Source: Octopus bimaculoides
Taxonomy: Eukaryota
Assembly (NCBI RefSeq): GCF_001194135.2
Contig: NC_069002.1
Location: forward strand, 30,073,409 to 30,117,257
DNA: 43,849 nucleotides
Reading direction: 5' to 3'
Shown: positions 38,030-43,849 of the stretch, one piece after another
Numbering within the stretch: the first letter of the stretch is position 1
Layout: every line of letters starts with the position of its first letter
The notes under the pieces: model-generated
The model's database searches: none
Seen by the model: the letters and a program-made list of their open reading frames with translations, nothing else
Told to the model about the DNA's origin: nothing
Made by a program: the position numbers and the translations under genes

Positions 38030-38255
38030 TGGACTCTCTCGTCGTTAGACGACGTATGAGGGTTCGATATTTTCTTACTGAACAACCACACAGATGATTT
38101 GTTTATAGTGATCAAATGTTTGTGTAGAAATAAGCTCAATCCCTCCATCAGATCGTCATTACCTGTACAGGTGCAATGATTGCAGAACAATGTGAAATGA
38201 AGTGCTTTGCTCAAGAACACAACGCAACGCCCGGTCTAGGAATCGAACCCACGAT
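38030..38255 (-). mobile_element. SINE family C-related, degenerate
   Basis: gtgctttgctcaagaacacaacgca...gaatcgaacc, as at 17555-17600; another fragment at about 41775-41892. Confidence 0.65.
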
Positions 38256-38383
38256 TGTGTGTGTATGAAATTATGCCTTTATGTAAATATGTATACACAT
38301 ACATCTATATGCGCAAATATATATATGCATGTGTGAGTGTGTATGAGTATGTGTGTCTGTGTCTGTGTGTACGTGTGTGTGTA

Positions 38384-38442
<59 letters not shown>

Positions 38443-39961
38443 NNNNNNNNNNNNNNNNNNNNNNNNNNNNNNNNNNNNNNNNNNNNNNNNNNNNNNNNNN
38501 NNNNNNNNNNNNNNNNNNNNNNNNNNNNNNNNNNNNNNNNNNNNNNNNNNNNNNNNNNNNNNNNNNNNNNNNNNNNNNNNNNNNNNNNNNNNNNNNNNNN
38601 NNNNNNNNNNNNNNNNNNNNNNNNNNNNNNNNNNNNNNNNNNNNNNNNNNNNNNNNNNNNNNNNNNNNNNNNNNNNNNNNNNNNNNNNNNNNNNNNNNNN
38701 NNNNNNNNNNNNNNNNNNNNNNNNNNNNNNNNNNNNNNNNNNNNNNNNNNNNNNNNNNNNNNNNNNNNNNNNNNNNNNNNNNNNNNNNNNNNNNNNNNNN
38801 NNNNNNNNNNNNNNNNNNNNNNNNNNNNNNNNNNNNNNNNNNNNNNNNNNNNNNNNNNNNNNNNNNNNNNNNNNNNNNNNNNNNNNNNNNNNNNNNNNNN
38901 NNNNNNNNNNNNNNNNNNNNNNNNNNNNNNNNNNNNNNNNNNNNNNNNNNNNNNCACACACACACACACGCTTATACTATAAACAGGCATACGACAAGAC
39001 TTTCTTGCTGTGCCGCAAGTTGGAAGTTTTCTTATTATTCAAGTGCCTTTACGCATTTGAAACTCTTTTCTGTTCGTGTATTGATTTACCGTTTTCATCA
39101 ACATTTGACTTTCACACATAAGAGAGCTTAGAGAAATTCCTAAACAACTTCACTATTCATAACATATAATACGTCTAAGCGTTAGTACAGTTACCTGAGG
39201 CTAATGATTTCACTGGCAGTCAGATATAAACAATCTAGACGTTTGAACTATTAAAGAATGAAAGTATTCTATAATAGAATTATTTTTCAGACAAGTTGGA
39301 CGTGTCGACAGTTTACACATGCCTCCACGAATATTTTACAGCGACAGGCAGGAATTATTTTGCTTTCATGTCACGATATTTAATATTTTTTGAGGCAACA
39401 GCTACGATTCTTCATTTAACACAGCCATGAGTTAGAACGTAGACAGAAGCTGAAAATTACGAGGATGGTGTGTCTATCTGACAGCGAAATATTCAAAATT
39501 TAGGGTATTTTTACGTTGGATATTAATTAATTAAATTAGCATTTAGGGAAAAATTTGGAAATTATTAATCTTTTATATTTAATGATTAAGATTAGGCAGT
39601 TTAGATTTCGGGGTACGGTACTGCCTACTAATATTTATTCAGGGCACACACCTCCGTGATACACATGAATATACATACACACACATATAAACACATACAA
39701 GTATGTATGTATGTTCACATACACATGGATACATACACACGCACATACATGCATATACACATATATGCATACTTACATACGTACCAAAAAACAGACACAC
39801 ACATACCTATGCATACATACACGCATAAATACATACATTTACACACATACATATATGCTACATACAAATATATATAGGCTATATATACACACATATATAT
39901 ATATATATTATATATGTATATAGTATATATACACATATATATATATATATATTATATACAT

Positions 39962-40000
<39 letters not shown>

Positions 40001-40644
40001 NNNNNNNNNNNNNNNNNNNNNNNNNNNNNNNNNNNNNNNNNNNNNNNNNNNNNNNNNNNNNNNNNNNNNNNNNNNNNNNNNNNNNNNNNNNNNNNNNNNN
40101 NNNNNNNNNNNNNNNNNNNNNNNNNNNNNNNNNNNNNNNNNNNNNNNNNNNNNNNNNNNNNNNNNNNNNNNNNNNNNNNNNNNNNNNNNNNNNNNNNNNN
40201 NNNNNNNNNNNNNNNNNNNNNNNNNNNNNNNNNNNNNNNNNNNNNNNNNNNNNNNNNNNNNNNNNNNNNNNNNNNNNNNNNNNNNNNNNNNNNNNNNNNN
40301 NNNNNNNNNNNNNNNNNNNNNNNNNNNNNNNNNNNNNNNNNNNNNNNNNNNNNNNNNNNNNNNNNNNNNNNNNNNNNNNNNNNNNNNNNNNNNNNNNNNN
40401 NNNNNNNNNNNNNNNNNNNNNNNNNNNNNNNNNNNNNNNNNNNNNNNNNNNNNNNNNNNNNNNNNNNNNNNNNNNNNNNNNNNNNNNNNNNNNNNNNNNN
40501 NNNNNNNNNNNNNNNNNNNNNNNNNNNNNNNNNNNNNNNNNNNNNNCAGTGTTAAGCTTCTATATTTCTAATCATATAATAATAATAATAATAATAATAA
40601 TAGCAACAACAACAACAACAACGACGACAACAACGACGACAACG

Positions 40645-40726
<82 letters not shown>

Positions 40727-40729
<3 letters not shown>

Positions 40730-41406
40730 AGACTAGACAACACATCAGAAAGTGGTAAGTGCAGAATCTGTGGACAAAATGGTGAAACTGTATGGCATAT
40801 TACCAGCCAATGTACGCCACTAGCCCAGAAGGAATATAAGAGATGCCACGACAATATAGCCAGGCTTGTCCATTGGACACTCTGCAACAAGTATGGACTT
40901 GACAGAGCAAAAAATTGGTACGACCACAAACCTGAAGAAATTGTCAAAAACAGAAAGGCAAAGATCCTATGGGATTTTATGATCCAGTGCGACCATGAGA
41001 TTGAGAATAGGAAGCCGGACATAGTCTTAATTGAGAAAGAAAACAAACGATGCAGGATCATAGACATCGCATGCCCAGCTGACAATATATGCAATAAGGA
41101 AGAAAGAAAAGGCGAGAGATATGACAGGTTAGCTTAGGAAGTTAAGCAGTTATGGTCGATGAAAAAGGTAGCAGTAGTACCAATAATTGTCGGAGCCCTG
41201 GGAACAGTGAGCAAAAATCTCGAGAAGTACGTGGAACAAATAGGGGCTGCAATAAGGGTGGAGCAGTTTCAGAAAACAGTACTGCTTGGAACTGCTCGAA
41301 TACTCCGGAAGGTGCTCGAAAAATAAGAGGTGTTACCTTAGTTCACTGGTAGTGGACAACTGACACTGTAGTACATCTCCAGCGTTAGAAGATGTGCAAA
41401 GGCAAT
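40727..41406 (+). mobile_element. R4/Dong-like LINE, family 2: 5'-truncated zinc knuckle, RLE endonuclease and 3' UTR
   Basis: Frame 40727-41326: CRICGQNGETVWHITSQC (CCHC), RCHDNIA, ILWDF, RKPDIV...IIDIACP (PD-D core), VVPIIVGALG, QKTVLLGTARILRKVLEK*. One in-frame TAG at 41135-41137. (TAA)n on both sides. Confidence 0.92.
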
Positions 41407-41471
<65 letters not shown>

Positions 41472-41473
<2 letters not shown>

Positions 41474-41727
41474 TGCCCTGATGCAGTACCAGGCAATGGT
41501 TGGCATGGCTTCTGATCTTGAATGATTGGAAGTGTTATCATGCACATTGTTTTCTCTTGGTATAAAAGATGGGCTACAGCAAATATTCTGCTCAATACCA
41601 CAGATTTGCCTGTCAGTTGTTTGACCTTAACCAGTTGAGCATGTCTCTTAATGGATGATGTTATGTGCATCTCTGATCACGAGCAGAAGTAGTGGGGGAG
41701 CATCATAGCCTTGTGCTGAGAGGAATT
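41472..41727 (+). mobile_element. Unclassified repeat homologous to 421-640, starting directly after (TAA)n
   Basis: Shared blocks with 421-927; retains a segment deleted in the first copy. Confidence 0.8.
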
Positions 41728-42684
41728 GCTATTGAGTTACGGTGCACGGTGTACCACACGTCATGTGTCGAAATGGTCACAAAGCAACGTGAAGTAAAGT
41801 GTTTTGCTCAAGAACTCAACGCACCACCCGATCTAGGAATTGAAGCCACAATCTCGCAATCGCAAGTCCAACCTCCTAACCACTTGGCCATACGTTTTTA
41901 CTGTGTGCGTATGTGCGTGTATGTGTGTGTGCGTATGTGTGTCTGCGTGCGCGCACGTGCATATATGCAAGCAAATTTGTATGTAGTCATGTATGTATGT
42001 ATATGTTTGGTAAAAACATGAGGCTTCTCCAACCATAAATTCGAGTTACATGTCACCGATTATTCAAACGACTAAATCGTAATACAAGCAACTTATATCC
42101 ATATAAAGCATACTGAATATATATTGAAATATGATTCGCCCATGTAGATTTGGCTGATTCTCGTAAGCACTTTCCAATATACGTGTGTATGCAACCAGCG
42201 GTGTTACACCGAAGCGACGACTTAAGTGTATACCACCCAAGTGGTGACGAGTGTGTAGTCTTCTCGAAGATAGTACGTTATTAGTGATGATGTAAGACTT
42301 ACAAGAAAACTTTACAGACAACAGATTCCCATCAATCATCATTAGTTTTTTTTTTGTTTTTTTTTTTTGTCTGTTTTTAGTAAAATACAAATGGTTGCCG
42401 GGAATCGAGGAATATTTTGGTCTTATTTCCCCTGATTTCTAACATTACTCTTCTGACAATGTCCTTCATCTTGTCTGATGTTTCCGTTTCGGTTCTTTGT
42501 TTTGTTGCGATTTTGTTCTGATGTTGCTGTTGTTGTTGTTGTTGTTGTTGTTTTGTTTCTTTATGCTCTGTTTTTTGTGTTGTTGTTTTCTGAGAGGGTT
42601 GGTTTTCAAAGTCAGACGTTATTTAGAAGTAGAAATTTCGCTTAGCTTTACCTCTGTTCTATGCAATGGAGATATTTTGTATGT

Positions 42685-43545
<861 letters not shown>

Positions 43546-43772
43546 CTATGGATGCACTGTTTAAAAAAAAACAAAAAAAAAACAATGTGTATATATCAAG
43601 GAGATAGAACTTTTCTCAGCAGCAGCAAATGAGAATGTTCAATGCATTTCTGCATCATTAGGTGTTATCAATAACATATCCTCACAGCCAGAATGCTTCA
43701 ACAAAATCCATTACTACAGATATATATGAACACTTAAAAGACATGTTAGGATCCACAATGAGCAGAACTTAC

Positions 43773-43835
43773 TTGCAGGTATTGGTAGTGCAAATCAGAG
43801 GTGAAATCTGTGTGGGTGTTTTTTCAAAACACTGT
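43773..43835 (-). CDS. Candidate small Cys-containing exon
   Basis: tttttaaaccag| ... AA|gtaagt; 63 nt, phase 2 to phase 2; the only open frame reads QCFEKTPTQISPLICTTNTC. Confidence 0.35.
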
Positions 43836-43849
43836 CTGGTTTAAAAAGC

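Noticed and set aside
40552-41094. 180-aa minus-strand ORF from the track
   Set aside because: Antisense shadow of the Dong-like coding frame plus microsatellite.

Overview
Eukaryotic, repeat-saturated and mostly intronic DNA from a gapped short-read assembly (16 N-gaps, about 6.6 kb). The SINE families and extreme microsatellite load resemble an Octopus-type cephalopod genome; this is recognition from memory, not a search result. Almost all ORFs in the supplied track are artefacts of microsatellites or N-gaps. One host-gene exon is well supported: a minus-strand 107-nt exon (31776-31882) encoding the N-terminal half of a thrombospondin type-1 repeat, in a frame the track does not show. Two weaker candidate exons lie on the same strand. 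The rest is transposon debris: four tRNA-derived SINE families, R4/Dong-like non-LTR 3' ends sitting in (TAA)n tracts, a Tx1/L1-like endonuclease region split by a SINE with a 16-bp TSD, RTE fragments, a mariner remnant, and Tigger-like and hAT MITEs. The most interesting unexplained signals are a 31-bp fold-back hairpin inside the mariner remnant, a TAA-flanked non-coding element that may be mobilised by Dong, degenerate hammerhead-like cores near 28.1-28.35 kb, and a 253-bp duplicated unique sequence. I found no convincing evidence of a wholly new multi-gene system.
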